Below, in pieces: positions 1 through 13,406 of a stretch of 64,000 nucleotides of DNA. Made by a program: the position numbers and the translations under genes. Each line of letters begins with the position of its first letter. Positions within the stretch are counted from its first letter, which is position 1. The stretch is taken from contig JALDTO010000266.1 of the NCBI GenBank assembly GCA_023515725.1, positions 62,001-126,000 on the forward strand. The letters are read 5' to 3'. The stretch comes from Amoeboaphelidium protococcarum X5. Its lineage: Eukaryota > Fungi > Aphelidiomycota. The notes beneath the pieces are model-generated. The model worked only from the letters and a program-made list of their open reading frames with translations. It was not told where the DNA came from and made no database searches.

Positions 1-2220
1 AAAGCGACGCCTCCTCAGAATGAGAGACAACTTGTGAAAGATCTTCACGTCATTCATGATAGCATGCTGCATCTACTCACCACCTTCTACAGGATAACTC
101 AGAGTCGCATCCGCCCAGCTTTGACCATCAATGATATTCTATGCCTTTTCATAACTCAACTTTGCACAAGATCTAATGATAGATTTTCCGAACCACGTAT
201 CCACAATCTAGGCATCTCGGGTCATAGTCCACATCACTGAAAACGTAAGCCGTTCCACATGAGGATTAAGACTGCATAAATCTTCACACAGAACTGAGGG
301 AAGCATAGGATACGCACGGTCCACCATGTACGTTGTCGTGGCACGATTTTAAGCTTCTCTATCCAACGCGGAGTCTGGCTAAATGAAATGACTAACATCA
401 GCAATATGAACACCGACCAGCAGATTACCATCAGATAAAGTCTCACACGATACAGCATCATCCAAGTCTTTAGCAGTCTCTGGATCAATGGTGAAAACTC
501 GCTTCAACCTCAAATCCCTACGTCCCTCTATCTCTTCCTCGGGTATGACAAACGGCAGCGAGGGAAGACACTTCAACACTTCTGAACTAAAATCTCTGAC
601 ATTGATGTTATGATTCTCTAATATTGCAGTAGACTCAGCCTTGACTTCACCCAAATGTCCAATGAACTTAACAAATTCAGCAAGCGGAGATGTGCTAGAC
701 TCTTTCCACTGCACAAGCCTCACAATACACAGCTAATCCTTATACTTTTCTATATTCGTAAAATAGTCCTAAGGAATCTTTTCGGTTCTAACTGTAAACA
801 GAGGACAGTTATTGTCACTTGGCTTAAATCTAACGAATTGCTATCTACCGCTGACTTTCCCTTTCTTAGACTCTTTTTTGCCAGCTTTGGTATCCACGAC
901 AGTTTTACTATTCGCCTTCTACTCTTCTTCTTATGTCAACTCGTCATCAGATTACAAATCCTCCCAATCTCCGTCATTGGCATCAACATCATCATCATCG
1001 ATTGCAGAAGATTTTTCATCAGTGCTCACGTCTAAACCATCAATTGTCTTGGTGGCGGAATAAGGTAACTGATTTTGAGAAGAAGAAGAAGACTGATGAC
1101 CCGCATCATCCTGTAAGACAATACCAGAAAATAAAAAGCCAGGTCTTTGGGAAATTATACCCACCACTCTACCAACTCTAACCAGACCAGAATCAGCATC
1201 ATCATCCAAGCTAATATCATCCACTTCTAGCTCAATATCAACTTCATCCTACTATGTCCCACCATTTACTTCAGATACCACTCTATTATCTGCTTAAGTG
1301 TCACGGACAGTTGTAGGAGAATCATCAGATTGAGGAAACGGACTGAATAATCTCTAAATATCGTCCACTTCAGACTTTTGACCACTAATAGCACCATCAC
1401 CCACAAGCTTTGAGTTAAAAAAGAATTCGGAAGCGTTGCGAACCTTTTTCAGCTCAGATCTCTCCACCTCACCCAGAAACTCAATGGCAACAGTATCGCC
1501 GTTAAAGGCACGATTCCTGTCCAGCATACCTTGCACCAAAAAGTCTTACTCGTAGCCGTCCACAGTCACATAGGCATTGTACCTATTGCGCTTATTAATC
1601 CTAATAATACCAAACTGCAATTTGTTCAAATTCTTCAGCTGTTTACACTCTTTGATACTTAAATGATCTGCATAAATTTAACGTCTGCTCTTACTCTTAG
1701 ACTTGGCCTGCTACTTAGTATCTCCGTTCTACCGAGAGTTCTTGGTCGCTTAAGCACTGCTGTCATTATTGCCAATGGACTTGACATTGCTTCTACTATC
1801 TCCGCCACTTAAGTTAGCTTTCACACTAATACTACTCTTCACTCTACTTGATTCTATTTGATTTGCATCATTATAACTCTTTTTTAAGCCAGGCAAATGC
1901 ATCAAGATTTCTCTAACCCACGGATATTCATCAACCGGAACCAGCGGGGAATTGCTTGATTATGTGCTAATCTAACCATTACTACTACCAACGCCTGCTT
2001 TCTTCTTCTACTTCTACTTCTACTTCTACTACTACTACTACTACTATTACTTCTTATTCCTACTGCTATTAGAATTCTTAGAACGATTATGCGAATGAGA
2101 TTCTCCATTCAACGGTGGAGGAACTTTGCTATAATCCCTCTACCCACTGCCAACACCATTCACAGACTAAGATAAACCACGCCTCTAAGTGCCCTGATCC
2201 AGTTCCAACTATGGAGTCAT
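1..2220 (-). CDS. DIS3L2/Dis3-like RNB-family 3'-5' exoribonuclease (3' end runs off the window)
   Basis: Track ORFs 1354-1539, 952-1224 and 379-723 share one frame from ATG 2220 when TAR=Gln. Motifs: DRNRAFNGDTVAIE, RRDLR..VFTIDPETAKDLDDAVS, VGVHIADVSHF. No PIN domain seen at the N-terminus, favouring DIS3L2. Confidence 0.85.
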
Positions 2221-2557
2221 TTTTATAAAGAGTATATTGCTACAATGTAAAAGACAGACAGCTTTCAATAATAAATTAGAAACAAAGACGATGACGATTC
2301 TTCTTAGAACTGGAGAGAGAAACGCGCGAACTCGTTTCACTTTGGGCGATCTCTAAACTCGAATGTTCCATCCAACATAGAGAAGATCAGAGCAAAGAGT
2401 ATGATTATGTGGATATGTTAAGACAAGTAAAATCTAAATTACACCTGAATCTTTATCCATTGAGTTTATTTATATTTATTTTTGTATGAATATAAGTATA
2501 TATATATATAGGTATCTTCTAAGATGATGTTGTAATTCAACCACCCACACCACCTTC

Positions 2558-4960
2558 TCACACCTGATCATCATTACCACGAATTCTCTGCTTCTCGAAG
2601 AAAGGCATCTCCAGAATGTCCATGATGTGCTGATCAGTAGACTTACAGTTTGGACATGGATCGCTAAAGCAGGAATTATAGACAAGAGTGTTGAATCCCT
2701 TCTTTATCTCGTTGAGGTCTTTGTCGCCATCTTCTCGGTAGTGAAAGACAAAGTTCAGTATCAATAGATCCATGTCGTTGGCCATGTACAGTTTCAATCT
2801 CTTGTACCACAGCGGCCACTTGTCAGGATGGGTTCCCACCTCCTGAGTCTTGACAAAATGACTCTTGATTGCACTGATTGTATCATGCAACTACTGTTAC
2901 ATCTCCGGCGTCATGTACTCAATTCCAACCATCATCACAAGCACATTATAGTAATCTCTCAGCCGTTTGAACCATGACTGCTCGTCAGTGGGTAATTTTG
3001 AGTTTTCAGTCAGCTTTTCAAAATTGGTCATCACCTGATCAAAGTTGCTATCACGCAACATGGACATGCCCAGATAGCGGAGATCAGACAAAGCGTGCAC
3101 ATTATCCTTCTTGAAGAATTTACCAATTCTCTCTGTGTGCGTCTGAGAAGGTGAAAACTTCTACTAGCGAACAATAGATGACCTGCCAAAGTCGATTATA
3201 ATAGGCTCGTAGAATCGTGACTTCCAAGGATGGACTAAAAATTTCTTACTTACGCGCTATTGCTAGTTTACATTAGGCGCGAAATTAGAGTTACTACTAC
3301 CAGCAGCACCGGAACCACCGGCACTGCCGCTACTACCACCGCGGGAACTGCTACTACCACTCTACAGTAATTTTCCAGCAAATTTGCTCACAAAAGGCTG
3401 CGTATTACCATTAGACACTTCGTTATCAGAATTCATAAATGAAGTAATTCTTCTCTAACTGCTTCTTCTATCTTCTTTAGGAACGTACACGGGCTCTTCT
3501 TCAACTTCGAAAGCTTCTTATTAGGGTGGTGGATTATGAACACCTTCAAGCGCTCTTCCATGCACATCCTACCTACCGCGTCCAATATTAACGCGAAGAC
3601 TCTCCATCATTCCAGTCATACCGCCAAGATCCTCACTGTAATCAAAATTAAGTATCAACGAAGTCAACTTCTACTAATCCGCGTCTGACTTAACCAACAT
3701 GATATTAAACGAAGTCATATCACCATGCAAGAATTACAGCTTGTTTGACGCGTAGAATAACGAACTCAGCACCTACAAAAGTACAGCGGCAGGCATATCA
3801 AGGAAATGGTATCTAAGCCACCGATCCGCCGAAATTGAGAACTCCTCAAGCGATCTCATCTCCAAATCGCCCATTCGATTCAAGTATGATTACAATAGGA
3901 GGCCATTTGAATTTGGGCTCAACTGCTCGGTGACAATGAAAAGCTTAGCGGGATGGGAATTTTTAAAGTTACCGACATCCTGTTAGAACTTCTTGATTTA
4001 CTCCACCGCTCTCTGATCATCAATACTCTATTTGATTATAGACTCCATCTGCTCCTAGAATATCTTCAAAAATACTCCAACAACATTATTAATACCGAAA
4101 ACAAAATCCAATGTCTTCACGAAGCCAACATATCGCACGCTCACGCTTTTACCATCAGCAGAAGGCATTGTGTACAACTTTTAGTTATCTACTAGATCAT
4201 TGATGTGAAAGCCAATTGACACTTCATCCAATCCATTACTGTACTTTGACGGCTCTTTTTCCATCTTTACCTATTCGGCATTTGGATAAGTCTGCACCTT
4301 GATCACCGCGAGCCTTCCGTCAACATGCTGCCAAGTGCCGCTAGGATACTTGCGCAACAGCTTTTCATCATTATTATAATCGAACCCGGTATTACCTTTA
4401 ACTTCAGACACCACGCGGACATTCTTCATTATAAAACACGTCTTTCGGACACTGAGAGCCTTCAAGACATTCTTCTAGAAATTTTCGCGATCTTCCATTA
4501 TAATAGGATAAGGATCGTACGTGGAGAAAAGAGCGGTGGCAATGGTCTAAGTGGCGACAGGATACTAATTATACACAGGCGGATTAGAGAAGTCATGAAT
4601 CCTCTGCATCAAATCTATCCATAATTGCTCATACTAATACGCGTCGCGTGGGTCAAATCCATGATCAATCAGATCACGCAGGTCAATCGAATCACTATCA
4701 CCGCCATACAAATTTCTAAATACTTATGTTCCAGTAGGACAGAAGGTGAATCGAGAGAAGGCGCTGGTCGGGGTGAACAGTAATTAGTGTGCGTTTGAGC
4801 GGACATTATCAGGTCTCACTCCGCATTGAAGAGTCTCCTATCTTCCATTTATATTAGCCTTGTACCTATAAGCATCTATGGGAGGACGTCTGCCAAAAAA
4901 CATCGCTTGAAGATGCGGTGCACACACGAGTGCTAAAAACAATGTATATTGATGCACCAT
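2558..4960 (-). CDS. Predicted secreted protein with a divergent (haspin-like) protein kinase domain, 800 aa
   Basis: Track ORFs 4271-4465, 2897-3100 and 2558-2890 share one frame from ATG 4960 to TGA 2558. Signal-peptide-like start MVHQYTLFLALVCAPHLQA. Kinase motifs LAVIKVQ, LFIVTEQL, LQFLHGDMTSFNIML, PIIIDFGRS. Confidence 0.75.
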
Positions 4961-6197
4961 CGCGCTTTCTATGAGGTGGTATCAATAAGCTCTTTTAAGC
5001 AGAGCAGTATTTATTACCGGTTGAAGGTGAAGGAATTGAGGATCAAATAAAAAATCCTCAAATACCACCGGGAATTCAGGGGAGTTACTCGTTGTTCGGT
5101 TCGCGCTTATTGCACACAATTGTGGATACCCCGTAAGTTATATTACTACTTCAGTACTTCACGGTGGAGTGAGGGGTTTTAATCGGAATTTAAAAATGGT
5201 ATTAAATGACGTAGCGCTTATTGAACAAGAATTATCACTGCGATAGTGCATAATTCAATTTCAATATCATTCTTAACATGCGTAAGTTTAAAGGAAATCT
5301 CGCGGATCACCTTGATCGGGCACTTCAGAGTGATGAGGTAACAACGGCCGTAGATTTTCATGATGCACATGAGGTAAACTTTATCGGATTACTCTATCCA
5401 GCTCTTCATACAGCAATTGATTACCTAGTCGGGAGAAATGCAAGCCATCAGTAAAGAGATCGCGTGGTGGACCATCATAATATTAAAAGGCTTTGATCAG
5501 ATTCACAGTCGCGTTAACTTGAGGAGTTATATCCATGCAAGCGTTAGAGTACAATGCAGTGTTAATATTTGATCTGTCGCATACTTTACCCTAACTATCC
5601 CGGTAAGCGGTCCATTCCGCTTCATCAAACAACGTTGGACTGATTAATATGATTTCAGAGCCTGGGAGCTTCAGTTTGACTCGATCAATGATAAATTGTA
5701 GATTACTTTTGTAACGCTGAACGAATACATGTTGCTTTGACTACCCATTGGGCAAGTTTGGAAGGACAGCATCATTAGTTCCAATGAATATAATGACCAA
5801 ATGAACATTATATAAATCCTAGAGTAGATGATCAATGACGCAGCGCAGCCATTCCGAGTTGTAGCCACCATACCCTTGATTTACTATTTGAGCTTTTCGT
5901 GCATAATCATTAGCCATTAGAGATGCCCAACCGCCAGTATTCACGTCGAAAGAGCGCTACATTCATTAAAATTGACTTGATGCGATTCATCGAGTTTCAA
6001 TGTTATCTTACCTGCGTCAAAGAATCGCCAATTAATAAAATTTGCCTCATGATTAGACGTTCCTATATTCAAGTGATCGATAAACAAAAACAAGATGAAA
6101 GACTACTTCAAACTAAAATTCATAGTTTATTTGGATATGTACATATCCTTATCACATTCCACTCAGAAGGTACTCAAACCTACATATAAACCGTCAC

Positions 6198-9100
6198 TCA
6201 CTTCTTAATACCTAAACTTCCCATTCTACCGGCAATCTCATCAGTGCCCGCCGTGTTCTTCTGCAAGACATTCTAAGGTAGATCTTGATTGTTCTTCACC
6301 TGTCCATTTCCTGCTCCGTTGACTTCATTTAAAGCACTCAACTTCTTAAAGTATGGTGCCATAAACTCAAAGAATGCAAACTGACCAGGCTCCAGACCAA
6401 ACTTGTAAACAAAACGACTTGCAAGATAGCTACCAAAGATAGCGCGAACGTAGTTCTCAGGCACACGACGAATCAGCTACTCCAAGCCGACTTTCTCCAG
6501 CAACAACTTTGGAAATGCTTCACTCAAAATTAATTTTCTCAAAGGCAGATCATCCCACAGGGAAGTTCTCTGCAACTGCTCGTTCAAGCGCACAATAGCA
6601 AAAGACAATTCATCAGACAGGATAGATCTTGGTGTTCCGCTGCGCTCATGCTCGCGCCAAATAGCTTCAAACTCGAGTTCAGCATTCTTCTCAATGATGG
6701 ACTGCACCGACTTGACGTATTCCTGATAGAAGGAAGGAATAACCTTGCTAACAGTACCATCTGGCTTCTTCTCGGTGTGCACTTGCATCAAGTCAGCAAA
6801 CTCCTCATCAGTCAAAGATAAAGCAGCCAACACCTCCAAACTACTACTAGTGACACCACCCTTGTTAGCACTAGCGTCCTTGAATATAACAACGCCAGCC
6901 TTCTCTAAACGCAGACGAGCCTCCTAGGTAAAGAATAGATTTGCTCCCTCAACAACGTACTTGAAGCGGCTTCTACCGTCCTAGTTCAACAATAGAGTCA
7001 CATTCGACAGATCGACAGCCTCAGGGCGACCACCGCAAGGCACAAAGAAATCACTCTCCACCAGCTTGTCTAAATGAAACTCATTTCTAAACTTCAGACC
7101 ATTATCAATAACAAATCCACCCAGTGCATCAGGAATCTTGACTCCATTTTCCTCAATCAGCACACGGAAACCGTTAGGGCCCAACTTGCTCACATCAAAA
7201 TGAGATATCATTTGTCTAGCATTCGCCAATCTCAAAATCTCCTCGCGATTCAGCCCATCACGATCATAAATGACACCGCTTCCATCAACAATTCCCACGG
7301 TTTTATCCTTAGATATCTTAATTTCATTCGACCCCAAATCACCATCCGGACCACCAGTCTAAAACTTGGTAATCTACTCTTCTTTCATTCCCAACTTGCG
7401 CAAAATACCCAATACATACTGATGCACGGAGCGAGTAGTCATACCGTACAAATCGTGCGGAATTCCACCTAAAGACTGAGACTTGCCAGTAGTGAAAGCC
7501 TTCCAAAACTGAGCTCCGCGACTCTTTGCATGCAGAGACGCCCAATCCATGAAATCAGCGGTTCCTTCATCTGGTCCTAGGAAAAGCATTTCAGGCTTCT
7601 CATACAAGTCAACGATGCGCTCCTTGATGCCAGGCGAATTGCCAACAATAAGCAAGTCAAGCATAGAATCAACATACTTTTCAAAGGCCACTTTAGGCTT
7701 GTCCTACTGATCAATGTCCAGCAAAATCGTTCCCTTAGATCCACCTTCAGGAATATCCTTGTTCTTTCTCTGCTGCGTACTGGCCAAGCTGTAATTCTCA
7801 TCAAACAGAGATCTCAAGTTGATACTGTAAGCCTCTCTATTACGACTTCTGATGATACGGATACCACCTCTGGCAACATCTCTGAATCTAATATGGAACC
7901 CACGGAACTCTGATCCGATAACAATGAACAGACCATACGGCTTCATCGGGTACTCAACCTCAGGCAGGAAGGCGGGATCCATACGGAAGGACAGAGCGAC
8001 TTTGGTAGGCTAGTAGAAGTTGGTCTTCAACACATGAGTATTAAAAGCGAGGAACGATTCAAAGACCATCTGCTCGTGCTAATTAGCCACAGTACGCTTA
8101 ATCTTGTCAATGAGCTCAGGAGCAGTCAGTGGGCGATCACTCTACAGACGTTGCAATGATAAAGTTGGCTTGGCAGTATTACCAGTCTGGCCAATGTAGT
8201 GCGTGACGGCAAAATTGACATACAAAGCCTTCAACAACTCGGGGTAATTCTTGATAATGTCCAAAATGTACTCACGTGTAAATGTATCCTGTCTCAGACG
8301 CTTCTTCATCTTGCCCAAAACTTCGGCATGAATAGGATTACTCTTAATGTCCAGAGCATTAGCCAAAGACGTAAACTCAGAGCCCAATCTATTCAGGAAA
8401 TGCTGCGCAAAAATCCAACCGACATATCCATAGATCGTCTCCTATACGGATAGTTACCCGGTCTGGAAGAAGTTCTGCAGCGGAGTGTGAGGAAGACAGT
8501 ACAGCAATGAAGCCTCTTTGATCACCTGATAAATAGACTGCTCAATTGGCACTCCCTTAGATGATGATGCTAGAGGGTTCAAATACAAACTAACGACGGT
8601 AACTCCATTGGAAAACTGTTCCACATACTTACGAGTTGAGTACAGATCATAGTAATGATAGAGATCACTCAGAGCACTGAAAAATGACTTTGTGGTGCGC
8701 TGGCGATAACCAATTACCAAACGCTTCTCGCGGCTCCCCTCAATCTCATACATCTCAATTACAAGACCAGTTCTCTCCAACACACGGCGAATCACAGACT
8801 CATAAACATTCAGAGTGTGCTAGCTGGCCTTACTCAGGAAAGTCTTGTCACCAATCATCTAAATGTTGGTCTCCTCCTCCTTGGTCGGTTCCGGCTTCAC
8901 AAAGTCACAGCGAGCAATGAAGTAGCAACGCAACTGAGTCTAGTTGGCAGAACTGACAGTGCCGAGAGAGCGATAAGTCTCCAAACGATAAGCCTTAGCC
9001 TTCGTAGATCCATCGAGGTACTTGGCATCAATCTTGCGTTCATGCGCAGGGCCATTTGTTTGACTAACACCAGGAGTAGATGTATGGATGTAGATTGCAG

Positions 9101-9509
9101 CATCGTCAGTCTCACGTTCCAAATTGATATCAAGCACATTATCGTTCTTGATGTAGGCGAAAATCTTGGCTCCATACAACGCAATGATATGATTGGCAAT
9201 ATTCTCGACAGACTCCAGCTTGAAATACATGTCATCAATGCCAAGATTGCCATAGAACCATGCAGTTTCATTATGCACCAGCTCTCTCGGAATAAATCCC
9301 TTATCCTCGATGGCCTTGCACACCTTCAACATCTAATCGTTCTTCCCTTCATACACAGTCTCAGCATACCCAGTAATCTCCTAACTACTTATGCGGTGAT
9401 AAGTAGAATTGACAGATTCCACAGAGGACGAACGATTCTTAGTCTCCAGAGAAGGAGCAGCAGCAGTAGCAGGCTTCAAAGGCTGCACACTTTGCGGTAA
9501 ATTCGACAT
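6198..9509 (-). CDS. GDH2: NAD-specific glutamate dehydrogenase (large form), 1103 aa
   Basis: Eight track ORFs in one frame from ATG 9509 to TGA 6198. Motifs GFHIRFRDVARGGIR, QQRKNKDIPEGGSKG, GPDEGTA, FTTGK, VPCGGRPE. Confidence 0.95.
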
Positions 9510-10023
9510 TTCTCAAAATGACAGAAAAGAATGAAATACTTTATTAAACACGTAACAGTAAGACTCGCAATTAATATAGCAATAAGCTATTCTAAACCAC
9601 TTGTATACAGTAGTTACAAGGTGGAACAAGAGATTTAATTTGTATTGTGTCTGTCTGTCTGTGTGAAAGAGAGAAACGATGACGAGAACTTTCGGCGTTT
9701 GAAACGATCGCGTCGTTCGTCCGTTTGTTCGTTCGTCTGGCTAGGGTCACTCTCTCTTCCCATGCAGAAAGTTCTCTTGGCGTCTAGGGTCAGTCAAGAC
9801 CCTCAGTCGTATCGCGCCTCAACAGTCATATTTACTGGCACAGTGCTATTCATCTGCGTCTTTGACAATTTGTAATGTTTCACTTCGGTCTAATAACGCA
9901 GAGTAACAGCAGAGAGGGAGGGGCTCAATGAGTTGATCAAAGGATTCGACTAGAAAAGCTTAATGAGACAGCTTTAATAAATGAATCTAAAAATTTATAG
10001 CATTATTATCTCTCAAAATCAAA

Positions 10024-11073
10024 TCAAACAGGCAGCTTTAGACGACGAAGACTGAAACGCGGCAATTTAGAGAGGCCATGAGTATACTATGCATCCTTAT
10101 AAGGGAAAGGAAACTTGACGTACAGCTACTAGATCACGGTGACATTAGCCTCGTTCTTATTGTGCAAAAATCGGTTGGTGACGAGATTCTACTCGTTAGG
10201 ATCAGCTGACCGGTGAGCTTTAATTCTTGCAGACCACTCAGCCAGCTATTGTCGAATTTAACTCAGCATGTCTTGAGGTTCATAAGACGCGTATTCCGAG
10301 TCCACCAGTGGTACAGTAGACGATAGAGGCATTTCTTGTTCCAATTCTTGCACCAATTGTATTTATTTCAGAGTCAATTGATTTGATAAATCTTACTACT
10401 TGGCATCATTAGTGTATTGTATAGACAACTGAAGCAGATCAGCCACGAGAGAAGGTACATTGTCGATCAGCGTATCTAGTAATTAATGGTCTCCAGAGAC
10501 GAGAGCACACATATACAAAGCTCTGATATCAATGGCGTTCATTTCAGCATATTCAGCCATAATATTAAAAGCAGCGTGATTGCGCGTCAACACAGCATGG
10601 CATACCAGTTTCCCGTACTGCTCAGAGGTGAGCTTAAACGTCGCGAGAACATCTGTAAGAACACGCGAGCAGATTTACTTTCTGTTTTCCATCGCCAGCC
10701 GTACAACTTGGTCCAGAGTTGAGAGTTGGAAGGCAAATTTGGCGCGTCCAAATGTCTCTTCCCACAACAGTAAATCACAGTCTTTGGCCGCATACATCAT
10801 TTTCAGCTCGAGGTACTTTAGCAGGACTGGAGATATGAAGGTCTCTTTAAGGTTGGTGATGGGATCTATTTTATCACCCGGTTCATAATTCTATCCATAT
10901 TCCGGAGATACCAGATTAGTCAGATAGAAAGCTTCATCTTACTATTTAGTATCAAAGAATGGCATATAAGTGTCCAAAAGATAATCTGCTATATCATATC
11001 CAATGCCGTAACAATAGAGCGCATTAAGTGCGTATATAATAATTGACAATTTAGATAATAATATCGTTGCCAT
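10024..11073 (-). CDS. Hypothetical protein with N-terminal signal-peptide-like segment, 349 aa
   Basis: Open frame (TAR=Gln) from ATG 11073 (MATILLSKLSIIIYALNALYCYG) to TGA 10024. No recognised domain. Confidence 0.65.
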
Positions 11074-11302
11074 TTTAAATTAATCGGCTGGGATATTAAT
11101 TGCGTGGTGGCAGTTAGTTGGATCAAGTAGAAAACAAATCTCGCAATCAGGGGCTGGCAATTGTATCAAACGCTGGGGTCAATAGCTATATACCAGATTC
11201 AAATAAGAGTATAGTAATAGATTAATAGATAGTTTGCAAAAAGTATTAATAAACTTTAAATCATGTCATAGTAAGGGATTAATGATTTTTTTTGGAGCCC
11301 TG

Positions 11303-13243
11303 TCAAACTGCAAAGTAACGCACACCTAAAAAGACTACAGCGGCAACAGTAGCTGACAAAGACGCAACTATCCAGAACTTCAACTTAAAGGATGCATTCT
11401 TAAAATCAACTTTAGCCTCATAGAAGTCTAAACGCAATTTATCACGACACAGAGAAGTGATAAGTACAGCTTCGTCGCGCGTATCAAATCTACACACGCC
11501 AGAGACCGTACCGTCACAGATAGCACGAGCATCATCGTATTTATACACAAGACTTGACTATATGGCGCTTATAGTCGCAGAGTAATTTCGGACAGCACGA
11601 TCGTACAATACGGCAATTAAACGATATTCCGCATACTCTTAAACTTAGAAAGAGACGTTTGCCTTAGGACCAGGCACGATCTTATACTGATTTGAAACTA
11701 CTTAAGAATAGTAACTTGGGTTAACCAAGATTACCATCAGTTTTTACGGGACTCCAGTCTACACAACTTGCAAGTCTACGCGCGAGCCAGCTGATAAGGT
11801 CATCGGTAAATACTGAATTGCATCTTCATAAGCACCACGAGGAACATGTAAGGTCAAGTTACTTTAACGTTGCTAAACTTCACTTTTCGGCTTGTGGTCA
11901 AAACATCCCACCAGCACTTTTCCAGTTATAACTCCACTGCTCCCACTCCATTTAGCTAAAGGGTCTATTACCATCTACTCTCCGCCACGGAACGTCATTC
12001 TAGTTACAAAAATTACTCCACTACTTAAGACAAAAATCACGAATATCATCCAAAAACCTAACAAAATTAATGGAAATGCATACTAAGCTCTCTAGCTAAG
12101 ACCATGAGTGACAAGAGGCAGTCTACAATTTTAGCCCTTACAGTCACTAGATTCTTTAGATGAATCAGAGTAACCAATGTACTGATCCTTTAAACAACCT
12201 TAGGATTTCGTAAACTTGGCTTCAACATCGATCACTAAGTACAGAGCTAGAACGAATGAACCGAGGAAGCCCAAGATCAGCAGCCAGTCACCTGTCAACT
12301 AACGCGGATAAGTGTATCTAGCATTAAAATTAACCTCGGAATCCATTACAGAACTACGAGATTAGGCCAACAGCCAGCGATTTTTAAAGGAAACAAGTTT
12401 ACCATTTGGTAGTCCAAGGTCATATCTTTCGATGACAGAACTTTATTCAACTTAATAGGCAATATTGGGCAAGTTGAAGGTGACAAACACTTTGACAGCA
12501 TCAGAAGTACGATCAACTAGAAATACTTCCGCACGACAATCCGGCGAATTAAAAGAGTTCCCAACAACGAAATTAGAGTCAGCCTATGCGGTGAATCTTT
12601 CATCAAATAATGGCTCCCCGAAAATGTCTCTGCACCGTATATCAATAATCACCGATTGAGGAGCAGTATTAGTAAGGATATCACCGCCAAAACGGACATC
12701 AAAATCAAATTCACCGCCATGAGAGAAAAACTTTCGACTTCTAACTATGTTCGGTACATCAGTTTTGGGACGCGTCAGCCAGACTTCTACCTGGCGCGTA
12801 CCAGCGGACGAGTTTGATATTAAATCAGGCTTCTGGTTTAGCAAGTACATATCAACAAACTGACTGGAGCGCAACCAAGCCATGTCCAATTCATTACTAG
12901 CCAAATCAATCAGTAGAGGACTCTATACCTATAAAGAGATACTAATTCTGACAGGAATCGCAATTAAGATCGGCAATAGCCAGAATATCAAATTGAAGAC
13001 CACAAATATGACGATCCATAAAAAGAGCATCAACACAGCTCTACCAAACACGTTCATAGCAATAATAAATGAGCTAAAACACTGATTTCCCAAAAATATT
13101 AAGTAAAATAAAATACCTTTTGGCAAATGCGGGAAATTATTCAACAGGAACTGCGCCACTCGAAGATTCTGTCTTACGTTCATCCACGAGGTTTTTGATA
13201 AATGGAGAAAATGATACCATCGCTGATCATTTTTGTGTATCAT
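11303..13243 (-). CDS. Hypothetical multi-pass membrane protein, 646 aa
   Basis: Track ORFs 12929-13243, 12584-12904 and 11303-11548 are in frame and end at TGA 11303. Several hydrophobic segments flank two beta-rich soluble regions. Confidence 0.7.
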
Positions 13244-13406
13244 TAGAACAGATTATCCCTGCCAGAACTTAATGATATGTGTAAACCTAGCGCTACTGAG
13301 TGTATTTTTGTTTCATCGCTGGCTAGAAAAACGTGCAGGGTCTACCTTCAAATGTCGATAGAAATATAGACCTCAAGCGTATAAAGCACGAAAAAGTTGT
13401 TTTTAA

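Noticed and set aside
5190-5650. Protein-like plus-strand frame (MRKFKGNLADHL...)
   Set aside because: Short, ends in an early TGA and has no diagnostic motif.
8817-9500. 227-aa plus-strand ORF and similar antisense ORFs (e.g. 31249-31722, 43423-43905)
   Set aside because: They are shadows of real minus-strand genes and carry no recognisable motifs.
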